Position numbers and translations under genes: made by a program. A stretch of DNA of 64,000 nucleotides. Origin: Eledone cirrhosa. Its lineage: Eukaryota. Below the pieces are notes generated by a model. The model worked only from the letters and a program-made list of their open reading frames with translations. It searched no databases and was not told the origin of the DNA. The DNA is taken from NCBI GenBank assembly GCA_964016885.1, contig OZ024742.1:242110001-242174000 (forward strand), read 5' to 3'. Of the stretch, positions 26,673-39,335 are shown in pieces. The first letter of the stretch is position 1. Each line of letters opens with the position of its first letter.

Positions 26673-26789
26673 AATGACTTCTACAGGACTAGAACTGTTT
26701 CATTCAGGAGAAAACATGAGGAATCATCAAGAAGCCTGATGATTTCTCACGAATGAAACCCTTCTAGTCCTGTAGAAGCCATTTCTATG
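26668..26789. mobile_element. ~120-bp fold-back made of two degenerate HHRs
   Basis: Minus strand: CTTC-TTGATGA-TTC..GAAT-GAAACAG..CT-GTA-GAAG (26678-26734). Plus strand: CTGATGA at 26736 ... GAAAC ... CTGTAGAAG. Confidence 0.55.
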
Positions 26790-26920
26790 TTAAATGTTTA
26801 TGTTTGTGTGTGTGTTTATCCCGGGTTCAATCGGGCGTAACTATGGTAAGTAAGGTACTCAATACATAACAGAGTATAAACATTTAATATTTGTATTTTT
26901 GTCCCTCTTCAAATTTTTCC

Positions 26921-26963
<43 letters not shown>

Positions 26964-26985
26964 TATACCCACACTCCCCCCTCAC

Positions 26986-27044
<59 letters not shown>

Positions 27045-27291
27045 TAATTACTTGCTTGTAATAAAATTGTAATAAGACTGGCAACATGACCGGGTACGGC
27101 CTGAAGCTGCAGAAGTGTGTTGCGACGTCATCGGTGCCAAGCTGCATCGGCCATTGCCTTTCCCTGGACAACATTGTTGGCGTGAAGAGGGGTGAGTTAT
27201 ATGCATGGGTGACTGTTGGTCTACGACACACAAACTTTTCCCGAACTTATACCTCGGAAGGGAATTTCTAGGTGCAAATTCCATGGTCATT

Positions 27292-27527
<236 letters not shown>

Positions 27528-27549
27528 AATATCAATTCAACATTAATAA

Positions 27550-27720
27550 TTATGATTTCTTCTATAGACACAATGCCAGTAATTTTGCGGGAGGGCAAAA
27601 TCAATCAAATCGATCCCAATGCATTACACGTGCTTTATTTTATCAACCCCGCAAGGATGACAGGCAAAGGTAACTTCGGTGGGATTTGAACTCAGAACGA
27701 TCTACCGATACTGCCAATCC
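27550..27720 (-). mobile_element. Diverged tRNA SINE
   Basis: TTTATTTTATCAACCCCGCAAGGATGACAGGCAAAGGTAACTTCGGTGGGATTTGAACTCAG. Confidence 0.75.
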
Positions 27721-28822
27721 TCTCGGCCTCAAACTTATCAAGTGCAAGTCGGAGTTCACCTTCTGGTGAGTTATGTAATACCATGTCGTTTGCAAATTCC
27801 AACCGACTGATTCTACACCCACCGGTCCTGATACCACTTCCAACCCAGTTGCGCATTCCAGCCCTACTTATGAAAATAATTGTTTCTACTTTAGGCACAA
27901 GGCCAGCAATTATCCAGTGCATTACTGGTACTTTATTTTCTCGACCCCGTAAGGATGAAAGATGACTGGGAGAGATGTCAATACGCACCATTGGCGGAGT
28001 CCGACTCCCACATTGACTAGTTTCGATTTAGCACCATTTATCCGAACACAAATACTTGGGCATTCGTATAGAGACATCACGGCAGCAAGGCGTTGACTAT
28101 CGATCCCATTCTCCTGCAGAACCTTCTACAGCAGGTCCCGGGGAACGCGGTCCTATGCTTTTTCAAACTGATAAAACAAGAATGCACCTCTTGGTAGTAC
28201 TCCCAAGACTTTTTAAAGTTCTGGCGCAGAATGAATATTTGGTCGACTATGCAACGTCCGGGACGAAAGCCACACTGTTCATCAGCTAGCTTGTACACGA
28301 CAATCTTCCTACATCTCTTTGCCAGACACTTAGCGTAGACTTTAATGGGATGGCTTAACAGGGAGATCCCTCGATAATTGGAACAATCTCTCTTGTCTTC
28401 CTTTTTGAATATTGGAATATATCACTCCCGATTGCCATTGCTTATCCGGTTTTCAAGAGATCCAGGCCATTCTGCACACACGAGCCTGCCAGAGAATACT
28501 TTCGCTATTTAAGGCTTTTAACATCTAAAGCCGAATTTCATCCTCCCTGCAGCCTTGCCACATTTCAGCTCTTTTATTGCTCTTGTGTCCTCAGCCATCG
28601 AGAGATTAATCATCACTCACAAATGCATACTCATGTAGATCATCAGATGTTATCGGGTTTAGAAGCTCCTCAAAGTATCTCGCCACCTCGCGAGTATGCA
28701 TCTCTCTGAAGAGAGGACAACTTCAGACGCATTCCTGCTAGCAGGTGTGGAGGAGGACTTCTTATTACGTAATCGGTAGATGGTCTACTTGAACAATGTA
28801 TTCACTAATCTGAAGTCTGATT
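27715..28822 (-). mobile_element. RTE-clade LINE relic, linker and RT part (interrupted by SINE fragment 27878-27963)
   Basis: KLADEQCGFRPGRCIVDQIFILRQNFKKSWEYYQEVHSCFISL; ISRLEFANDMVL; frameshifts and stops. Confidence 0.85.
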
Positions 28823-29703
28823 ACAGCTTAACCAGGTGTGGCGCACAGGCAGGAGTGGATATACTCAGAAGCCCCTGGCTGTCAGAATGTGTCACGGACT
28901 TGATACCATTAGGTGGGAGGATTTGCATGTTGAAGCTTAGGATGAAAGAAGTGTCTATGTGTATGATGTAGCATTTTGCACCAAACAATGAGTACGAATT
29001 CAGATCCTTCATTGATGAAATCACTGCAGTTTTAGATGTAGTTAAGACTGAGTCTTATATCCTAATAGGAGACTTCTATTCACATGTTGGCACTGTCCAC
29101 CTGACATGGAAAGGAATGATTGAAAGGAACGGCGATCCCAATCTAAATACGAATGGAGAGGCGTTATTAGACTTCTGTACTTGTAATGAACACTCTTTTA
29201 TGAACATCTTCATGCAGAGACACATCTATAAATATACATGGCAAAAGGAGAAAAAAGAACAGAGATCAATAATTGATTTTGTTAATGTTTCTGTTCTCTT
29301 CGATAATGTGTTAAGAGAAATGCTGAGCTGTCACTAGATCACCATCTAGTTGTCTGTAACAAAGAAGCCCACAAACCTGACAGGTCCTGGTCGACATACA
29401 GGATAAAGTGGGAAGTCAGAACCAGGTATGCAGATAATATTGCATCCGAATTCAGAGAACTCCCTGTCCAAACTCAGGGATTTGAAATGGAGTGGAGGTT
29501 ATTTAGCTCAGCTATTGAATGCTGCAGGCGAAAGAGATTTACTGTGTTAGCGGATGGTAGGATGATCCCTTGGTTCAATTAAGAGGTCAAATATCCCATC
29601 CGGGCAAAGAAGGAGATCTACAAAGCTTGGCTTCGAAATAAGTCTTCCTTCTTGCACTTGCGGTACGAGCAAAAACGGCGTCGGACGTTAAGACATGGGA
29701 GGA
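28823..29703 (+). mobile_element. RTE-clade LINE APE endonuclease and linker, inverted relative to the RT part
   Basis: ILIGDFYSHVG, NTNGEALLDFC, YTW...RSIIDF, DHHLV: APE-family motifs. Confidence 0.85.
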
Positions 29704-30413
29704 CATATACACATACATACATATATATATACATTCATACATACATACATACACACATATATACATACACACATTCACACATACATACATATACACATAC
29801 ACACACATACATACATAAATACATACGTTCATACATATATACATACATACATTCATACATACATAATGTTTCCGAATTTGTGGTCGTCGGACAATACATT
29901 CTATTTAATTGTGGTAATGTAAATGAATAACATTTAATCTCTGGGTTCAAATTTCGAGATCATATTGAAAAATAAATCAGTATTGCGTTTAGTCGAACGA
30001 TTATGTAATATCAATGATCACCACATATATCTTGTAGAATAGCAATGTGTTGAATTAAATATGTTTAAATTCACGTATATATAGATAATTTAATTATCTG
30101 ACTTTGTAGAACATAATTATATATATTCATGAATACTCCCCTTTTAGACACCCCTAGTGTGTAAATACTACAAACTATCAAGTCTTCAATCTTCATACAT
30201 TGAAGTATATTTATTTAACCTAATTAAAGATATTGCAATTCCTATTAGATAGACATATTGCTTTTTTTTAAATTATGGTGAGTTATAGAAATTTATATGC
30301 AAACAAAATGTTTCATCATGTATACATGCATTACGAACATACGTAATACATATTTCATTATATATGACCGTGTGTTTCTTTCCGTCATCCCTTTCTTTAA
30401 AAACACACACACG

Positions 30414-30575
<162 letters not shown>

Positions 30576-31054
30576 TGTGTGTGCATGGGTATGTGTATAA
30601 GCATGTGTGTTTGCTGAAGTAAAATATAAGATGGATGGTCTACTGGCATGACATTCTTCAAAATAACAAAGAAATATATGTGGCATGAAATATATGGAAA
30701 AGATAATGGTATATGTTAATAGAATTTTACTTGAAAAAGGAAAAAAATACCTTAAAAATACACATACAGAGATTCATAATTAATCGTGACAAATGCATTT
30801 ACATATTTTGCAAAGCATTCGTGAAAGCTGTTATATATATATGTATACACCAATACATACATGTGTATGCGTGTGTGTATATATGTGTGTGTGTGCGTGC
30901 AGAAACTCGTGTAAAGAATTTGTTACACATTTCAACAATATATATTAACCCCTTAATATGAAAAGTTGATGCTTTAATTATACCACAGATGCATGTCACA
31001 ATATAGGTATTGTGCAGAATATATGTAATATATATATATATATGTGTGTGTGTG

Positions 31055-31088
<34 letters not shown>

Positions 31089-31187
31089 CGTATCTATGTA
31101 ATTATGTATATATTTATGTATATATAGATATAGATATATGTATATATATGTGTGTGTACATATATGTATATATTATATAAACGTATA

Positions 31188-31265
<78 letters not shown>

Positions 31266-31294
31266 TATATGTATACATATAAATATATATATAC

Positions 31295-31429
<135 letters not shown>

Positions 31430-31540
31430 TATATATGTATATATATAAATATGTATATATATATATACATATATACATATATACATATATACATATATAC
31501 ATATATATATATTAGGATTGGTGCTCTGAAATAGCGATGT

Positions 31541-31835
31541 ATACATGAATGTATGTATAGTATATTCGGCAATATACCATAGGTTTAATTAAAAACATTT
31601 AGAAGACCATACGCTATCAGTTTTAAAGTAGTGACTGTGATAGCAGGGGAGTACGTGGCTCTGATGAGTGCCAACTCACGTGAAACAGACTGTCAGCTTC
31701 TCTCACTTCTTTCACCGAAAAGAAGTAAGTGACATAATCACTACTTTAAAGTTGATAGTGTATGGCCTTCTAAATGCTTTTAATTAAACATACTGTATAT
31801 TGCCAAACATACTATACACATACATTCATATACAT
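31541..31835. mobile_element. Fold-back element (arms ~31541-31640 / 31731-31835) with a central HHR-like motif
   Basis: GGCT-CTGATGA-GTGccaactCAC-gt-GAAAC-AGACT-GTC-AGCT at 31657-31698 (+); stem II register imperfect. Confidence 0.6.
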
Positions 31836-31837
31836 AC

Positions 31838-31863
<26 letters not shown>

Positions 31864-31869
<6 letters not shown>

Positions 31870-32045
31870 TGTTATATTTGGGGAGGGTCATATTTGCGTA
31901 ATATTGCCAGAATTAATAACAGAACACACTTCTGTTATTAATTCTGGCAATATTACGCAAATATGACCCTCCCCAAATATAACAATATCTGTTTCGACAC
32001 ACGATTTCATATAAAAAACCTCGCAAAACTAATTCATCGCCGTTA
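31864..32045. repeat. Perfect ~58-bp-arm palindrome plus tail (family of 2785 and 58251)
   Basis: ATATTGTTATATTTGGGGAGGGTCATATTTGCGTAATATTGCCAGAATTAATAACAGAA-cacac-reverse complement. Confidence 0.85.
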
Positions 32046-32109
32046 TATATATATAAATATATATATATGTGTGTGTATATATATATATATTTATATATAT
32101 ACATATATA

Positions 32110-32189
<80 letters not shown>

Positions 32190-32191
<2 letters not shown>

Positions 32192-32242
32192 CGGTGGAAC
32201 ACTGGAAGGTAATATCCGTAGTGGTAGAGCACTCAGTCCATG

Positions 32243-32292
<50 letters not shown>

Positions 32293-32930
32293 CGGTGGAA
32301 CACTGGAAGGTAATATCCGTAGTGGTAGAGCACTCAGTCCATGGAACGAGTTAGGTAGAAGTGGTTACGCAACAGTTAGTTCACCATACCGAGAACAATT
32401 GTTTCACCTTAGGGGATCCTCAGCTCGTAATGGGCATGGTTATAGGAACTGGAAGGACAACCGTACGAACGCGCATGCGCAGAAACCTGGTCACTTCGCA
32501 CAGGCAATACTAGAATGCGTGCGAGAGGTGTAAGGGATTTAACTGCGAAAGTCCGAAAAGTTTTTAGTTAAGAAAATTACAATGATTCAATCCGGAACTT
32601 TGTAGTTATGCAATAGGTTTTTGGAGACGTGTGGACAACGTGTGAAACATTCATTTATCGTGTTTAGTCAATCACTATTGCATAATCTCTTTAGAATAGT
32701 TATTCGTTCGTCAATACATAAGCCACACGTCGGATTTCCCCTTGCGTATGGCTTGGACTTAGTGATGGCTTTCCATTGAATGGTGTAGTCTATACTTGAG
32801 TCCTTGAGGGACCATACGTGGCTCGCGAGTTTCGTGGATGAACGTCTGTCCGGGTACCTAAAAGTGTACAGGTGGTTCCTTAAATCGGCCCTCCGCCATG
32901 CCCACATAGGATTTGACCTCCTGTGGTTGG
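32190..32930 (-). mobile_element. Penelope-like element 3' fragment (GIY-YIG C-terminus plus pLTR); terminal 55 bp duplicated across (TA)n
   Basis: RNHLYTFRYPDRRSSTKLASHVWSLKDSSIDYTIQWKAITKSKPYARGNPTCGLCIDERITI; 32191-32245 = 32292-32346. Confidence 0.8.
32390..32427 (-). ncRNA. Minimal hammerhead ribozyme in PLE pLTR
   Basis: CGAG-CTGAGGA-tCC cctaa GGt-GAAAC-AATT-GTT-CTCG; stem III palindrome ACAATTGT. Confidence 0.7.
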
Positions 32931-33179
32931 TTTGGTTATATACTATATATATATAATATATATATGTGAAGACCAGAATCCGACAGAAAGTAAGCGATAA
33001 TAACAGATTCAAAACTCTTACACGTTCATTTCAGTAGGATGTGGTACTCTAAATTGTCTTGTCGAAACCCACAGTCCTTTACGTTATTAAATTCTTTCAC
33101 TCTCCAATCTTATAGGAATACATTCTAAACAATATTTCTAACATTGACATCATAGCCTAACCATTTACATAATATTTGT

Positions 33180-34120
33180 TTAACAGCAGCAGAATTTACA
33201 TCTTAAATTTTCGTATGGTATTCCCCGTCGCTTTAAGAAGTCTTGAAGTTTCAATGAGATTGACCCTAATGCCCCGATCATAACTAATATCACTTTCACA
33301 TTACCTTCTCGCATTCCAAATATAGTCTTGCCAGCTCCACTTTCAATTCAGTGTACTTGGTCATTTTTTCAATCCCTTACACGTAATATTTGTTATGGCT
33401 ACCTGATGAACTGACAGTATTCTATCTATTTTAAAATAATAATCCCAGAATATTGTTGCTTTCCATCCTCGTGCATTACTTTACAAGGCACATCCTCATA
33501 CCAATTCTCTATGAATTCATACTGATGTTTACGAGACAGAACCCAATGAAGGTGTAGACAGACTTTATCATGGCGGCGCTTGTATTCTTTATGCACAAGG
33601 CTCTCACATCCACTTACCAAGTGGGCCACATTTTCCAGATTCTTTCCACAGAGCCTGCATTTCTGGGTGTCAGAAATTTTGTAGATGTTATATTTCACCG
33701 AAATGGTAACAAGAACTTGGTTTTGCGTTGCAACTATAAGGCCTTATGTGGCACTTTTCAAATCACCTTGCTTAAGCCATGGCCACGATATTTTATCATG
33801 GGTATCCTGTATAATTCTCTCAAACTGACCATACATTCTCATTCCTAGTAGATCCTTTCTTTTTTTTCTGCTCTTTGGTTAAATCCTTCTTTTCCAAACA
33901 ATTTTACTGCATCTTTACCCATATCTTCTGCTACATACTACAACAACTGTTCGTCATTGTTCATCAAATATTCTGCAAGCGTTCTCCTTCCACTTTATAC
34001 AATGATCCACACGGATGAGGCCTCTCCCACATTCTTTGTCTTCATGAATAGTCTACGAATATTTGCTTTAGTGTGTAAAGCTCCGTAAATTGTCTTTAAT
34101 TTTCTCGTTTTTCTATCTAA
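33180..34120 (-). mobile_element. R4/Dong-like LINE relic (restriction-like endonuclease clade)
   Basis: KCRLCGKNLENVAHLVSGC...YKRRHDKVCLHLHW: CCHC knuckle plus RHD motif typical of RLE-type non-LTR elements. Confidence 0.75.
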
Positions 34121-34127
34121 CTATCAT

Positions 34128-34280
34128 TATTCTGAATTCAAATCCTACAAAGGCTAGCTTTGCCTTTCATCCTTAAGGGGTCGATAAAATAAAGCAACAG
34201 TAATGCACTTGGGTCGATTTATTTGACTTTCCCCTCTCCCCCAACATTGCTGGCCTTGTGTCTATAATAGAAATCATTAT
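34128..34280 (+). mobile_element. 5'-truncated tRNA SINE (older variant)
   Basis: TTTGCCTTTCATCCTTAAGGGGTCGATAAAATAAAG ... GCTGGCCTTGTG. Confidence 0.8.
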
Positions 34281-35429
34281 TATTATTATGATAAACAAAG
34301 CTGTTTCTAGAAAGGGAAAAATTAAAACTAAGAAACAATTAAAGAATTTTAGAGAATTATTTTCATTATGATTACATTTCCATGATAAATAACTTAAATT
34401 CAAAAATTTCGATTTGTTAATATTAAAAACATGTAGTTTTAATGCTTAATGTTATGTATTCATGTTGTCAAATGAGTATTCATTTTCAAACGTAGCCAAC
34501 AACTATAACCAATTTAGCAGTTAATAGCTTGAGAAGCAGGTGAAAATACGTATTTATTAGCGAAACGTAAAATCACTAAAAATTAAAAAATATATATTCA
34601 TTAGAGTATAGATAGACTTCTTTCTTTCTTTTTTATTTTTGTTTATTAGAAATCCTTTAATAGCATGAAACTTCAGTATAATGGTTTCATGGTTCATTAA
34701 ATTTAGAAAAAAAATAGATAAACTGATTCTAAGTACACAGGCCTACTTTGTATCTACTATACATGTTTAGAATATATATTTTCATACTTTGATGTTATGC
34801 TTAAAACTTCAGAGGCATCAATTTACTGCAGAGTAGATTGCCAGACACTTTACTACATTAAGAGGCAGTCTCTGAATTATTTTGTCTATAATATTTCTTC
34901 CATTAAAAGATGACAACAAAATTGAAGGAACGAGAAATTTCGAATTGAATATTTTCCTAATATACATATAGAACGTATAATATTGGACGACGTAATGATT
35001 AAAGGTATTGACAATCCAGTAAAGTTTTGTGATATAAAGTTTATTTGCTGTTACTACCGTCTTATTTTGGATTTATTTGTAAGCGTTTCGCATCTACTAT
35101 AGTAACGTTTCGTATATATTTTAGCTGATGGAATATATAAAGATAAAGGTTCAAAATTATCATCGTAATGTATCGAGAAGAAAAATATTTTATGAAAATA
35201 AACTTAAGATTTGCAACGATCTCTATTCAATTCCAGTGCCCACCAGATACTTCTTGTAAGTTTGAGGGAATCAATAACTAAGTCGGAGATTTCAGGATTA
35301 TGCTTAATGATACAAGTCAATGACGGAATTTCTACGCGTTCGCTTAATATTTTAGAGATTGCAGCCAAATTTCTATCATATCATACCTTACCATCTTAGT
35401 GACATATATATAATTATTATTAAGAAAGG

Positions 35430-35620
35430 TTGGTAGATTGGCAGTATCAGTAGAGGGTCGGACGCCATGCTTTGCAGCATAGAGTTATGCCCCTTTACGG
35501 TCTGAGTTCAAATCCTGCAGAGGTTAACTTTGCCTTTCATCCTTACGGGGTCGATAAAATAAAGTAAAAAATAATGCACTGGGATATTTGCTGGCCTTGT
35601 GCCAAAAGGAGAAACAATTA
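35430..35620 (+). mobile_element. Octopus-type tRNA SINE, full length
   Basis: Matches the family consensus. Confidence 0.9.
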
Positions 35621-36189
35621 TTAGATTGTTAGAATAAGAGAAAGGGGGCCATGAATGGGTTGTCCTTGATTATATCTTTTATCTATGCAAAAGGATTAAT
35701 CTGGGGCTAAAGTACAACATCATCACATACAGAGATAAGCGATTTAAACAATATTCTCATTTTTAAAAAGTTAAATGCCGATTAAATTACTTACGAAGAA
35801 AAACAATGGGCACTGCTTAAATATGAAAGATAGAATTGATTTTTGAAAAACAACATTTAATGGATTAAGCAAATTAACTAAATTTGATATTTAATTACAC
35901 TACAGGAAACATAAAAGATACTCAACTTTAAGAAAATCAATTTCTATCGCACTCTGAATATGCCCTTTAAAGTATTTGCTTAATTTGCTAATTAAAAGTA
36001 AGATTTAATTATTATTTAGATGATTTTTCAAACGATGTGTTCTTTGGTCATACGTTATGCAACTAATATTAATTTTCGTGTGTTAAAATATTTATAATGG
36101 AAAGGAGCAGATTCTGCGATACGGTATCTATGGTTTTGAGATTCTCCAGGAATACTAGTTAGAAAAGTATGATTTTCAGAATATAACAT

Positions 36190-36193
<4 letters not shown>

Positions 36194-36222
<29 letters not shown>

Positions 36223-36925
36223 CTTCTTCTTCTTCTTCTTCTTCTTGAGAGGGTCGGGGTCACAGTCTTCAAACACTCCTTCCAGCGGGTCCTGTCAGAA
36301 GCCACTCTCCCCAACCTATACAACTGGATCCCCAAGCGAGACCAGCTAAGCTCATGGATGTTATCAAACCATTTTGATCGGGGTTTACCCCTGGACCTCC
36401 TGCCGGTTAGTTTTGCCCGTCAAACATGTGCATCGATTCTTTCCTGAAACATTCTAACCACATTCCTATAGTATCGGTACCGTGATCTCTCGATTCGGAG
36501 AAGTAGTGGCTCTATCTGGAGTGACTCCAGAGATCCAGGCCTCCCGGCACACGTGACTCAGCCGGATAATACCTTCTCGTGCCGGATTTCATTTTCCCCA
36601 GCGGCCTTACCACATTTGAGCTATTTAACTGCTCTTGTGACCTTAACCACTGAGAGATTAGTCACCGCTCTCAGCTGCACCTCATATACATCAGCAGATG
36701 CTGTTGTGATCGTGTTTAGGAGATCAGCAAAGTATTCTCACCCCCTCGCGAGGATACGCCTCTCTGAAGTGAGGAGAACGCCAGACACGTTCTTGATAGC
36801 AGGTGTGGAGGAGGGCTTCTTATTACAAAGTCGGCGGATGGTCTGCCAGAGCATTTTATTTGCTGATCTGAAGTCGGATTCCAACTAATCCCGAAATTCC
36901 TCTCAGGTCTTAACTTTGGACGCCT
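36194..36925 (-). mobile_element. RTE-clade LINE, internally deleted (linker joined to the 3' end) with (GAA)n tail
   Basis: GRRSRGKPRSKWFDNI...RVASDRTRWKECL; 36560-36925 is homologous to 28540-28822. Confidence 0.8.
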
Positions 36926-37399
36926 TTACTTTTATTTCTTATAAAATAAAATCGAATTTTTTGCGCCCATTGAAAAAATTGTATGATACTTAATCAATAC
37001 ATATTTTAAAATGGTATCGGTCGAAAAGTAACGGTTAAAATTCATAATAAATGTAGGAAATTATATAAACCGATATTTATACTGAATATTGGTAATGGAT
37101 TAGGCTATATATAAGCATTTAAGGAGGTTTGAACTTAGTTTCAGTCTGTTGTCTAGTAAGGCATCTTTAACCTAAGGGTTTAGAGATAAGTTAAATATAT
37201 TTAAAAGGGTATACATTGAAAGATAAATAGTACGTTCAGGAGAAAATCTCTCAAAATCATAGAAAGGAAACGAAGAAATCTGAAAACCTTTTGTGATAAT
37301 TGATGCGTTAATCGAGGGATATATTGGATATCGTCTAAGAGAAGAAGAAAATACATCGATTCAAGATATTCAATCAATTACTAGTTGCTGGAGTACCTT

Positions 37400-37925
37400 A
37401 TACTTAGAATCTCAGCCGTGCAACACTGGGCAGCACATTTATCAAGTGCATATCGAAGATCACCTTCTGGCGACTTAATTGCACCGTGTTGTTGTTGTCT
37501 GCAAATTCCAACTCACTGATCCTACTACAACCGGTCCTGATATAACTTACAACCCGGCTGGAAATGTCAATTCTGTTTATGAAGATTATGAACAGAATTG
37601 ACATGTCCAGCAGGGTTACAATACGAATGTTGACAGAGTCCGACACCTATGTTGAATAGTTTCGAATTCGCAGAAATTATCCGAACACAAATACTAAGGA
37701 AATCGTCTAGAGACTTGAAGACAATAAGGAATCGTCCATCTAGCCCATATTCCTGCATAACCTTCTACAACAATTCCCACGTAACGCCGCACTGGGCCTT
37801 TTCGAGGTACCCTAAAAAGCATTTACCTCTTGGCAATATTCCCGCGATTTCTCAAAGACCTGCTGCAGAGTGCTATGACTCGGGCAAAACATCACAATAT
37901 TCGTCATCTATCCTTACATCTCTTT
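37400..37925 (-). mobile_element. RTE-clade LINE RT fragment
   Basis: MQEYGLDGRFLIVFKSL...FNIGVGLCQ; ISELEFADN; homologous to 27720-28320. Confidence 0.75.
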
Positions 37926-38479
37926 GTTAGAATAATATACTTTACCGGAGTTTCCCCTGCAACTATATCGATATTTCGTGTTGTGTTTATTCTAACAATT
38001 AATGATTAACATATAATTAATATGTTCTTGATATTTTCCATGCCTGAAGATCAACATTTCTAGCCTAAATGTGCTTATACAATTTGTTGATCGGCAGACC
38101 ATACACTGAAGAGTATCGCAGTGGTACAGATGTTTATGCATGCCAACTTTGCCCTATTATTTAAGCTGCTGCGATCTATCAAGACCAGCCGCCCATTATA
38201 GGAACTCACATCACATCTATGAATGCAACATCTATGCACATTTAAAGGGATATATGATTGTAACAGAGTTGTTCCCCTTGTCAATCTTCAAAATCAGTGG
38301 GAATATTCGAAATGAGTTCCTAAGAACAATATAATCTTTACATTATCAACTTAAAGTGTGCTTTCATTCATACCCTTATTTCTAAATTTCTAACTAATGT
38401 GATTTGTTTGCGATTCTAAAATATGGGGAATCTAGTTTATATTTACTGAGGAATGCGTGACAAGATTTAATGTGCTTAG

Positions 38480-38561
38480 AATTCAAAGAGGAGTGACAGC
38501 TGTCTTAAAGATTTGATAAAGATGTCATTTAACTTTTCACTCCTGCCGGGGAAAATGCTGG
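38480..38561 (+). CDS. Candidate host-gene exon (NSKRSDSCLKDLIKMSFNFSLLPGKML)
   Basis: TGCTTAG acceptor (weak pyrimidine tract), open frame, consensus donor G|GTAAGT at 38562; phase 1 is compatible with 49172. Confidence 0.3.
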
Positions 38562-39335
38562 GTAAGTTATTTTTTTTTCTACTTAATGTGATATGGTATA
38601 AAGGAAAATCAGGCATTCAACCACATTAGCCATTTATTATTTCAACATGGTCAGTTAATACGTTTTATATATTATCAATAATTTAACTATTTGGTGGTCC
38701 GCAATGATTAAAGATTAACGATACCGAACATCTTTCATGTCTATTATTTTCTTATAGCATAACATTGAAAGCAATGATCATGAATTAGGTTAGGTGCCAT
38801 CAAATTTCCTTGGGCGCTATTTGATAGATTTCATGTATTCGGAATGCTGACATTTATAAACTGAAGGATTTTCGGCAGATAAAAGTCTCAAAGCATCTAC
38901 AATTTCGATGTAAGTTTAAATATATAAATCTGAGAATGTAGGAATAAGAGAAATCGCTATTACGCGTAATAGTTGTTTAATGAGATAATTGATAAAACTA
39001 GTTTTTGAAGGGAAACAAATTACATTTTTTGAAAATAAAATATTTCAAATAAAAAATCAGTCTGATGAATTTTAATGTTGATTTTTAAGTAGAAAATTTT
39101 GTTTCTAAATCATACAATCATTATTGTCACACTGTCATTCATTACAGTGCTGAAATGTTTAGATACCGCGTCCAAGATATATATTTACCGATCTCTTAAG
39201 GTAGGTAACTAGAATGTGGCGGATCCCTTTCTTGGAGTGTCATCAGAAGCCTATAAGGACAGGTTTTGTAAAACAATGATTAGTACTTGATAACAATACA
39301 ATCTATTTTTATCAATTCGATTTTTCAAAAATACA

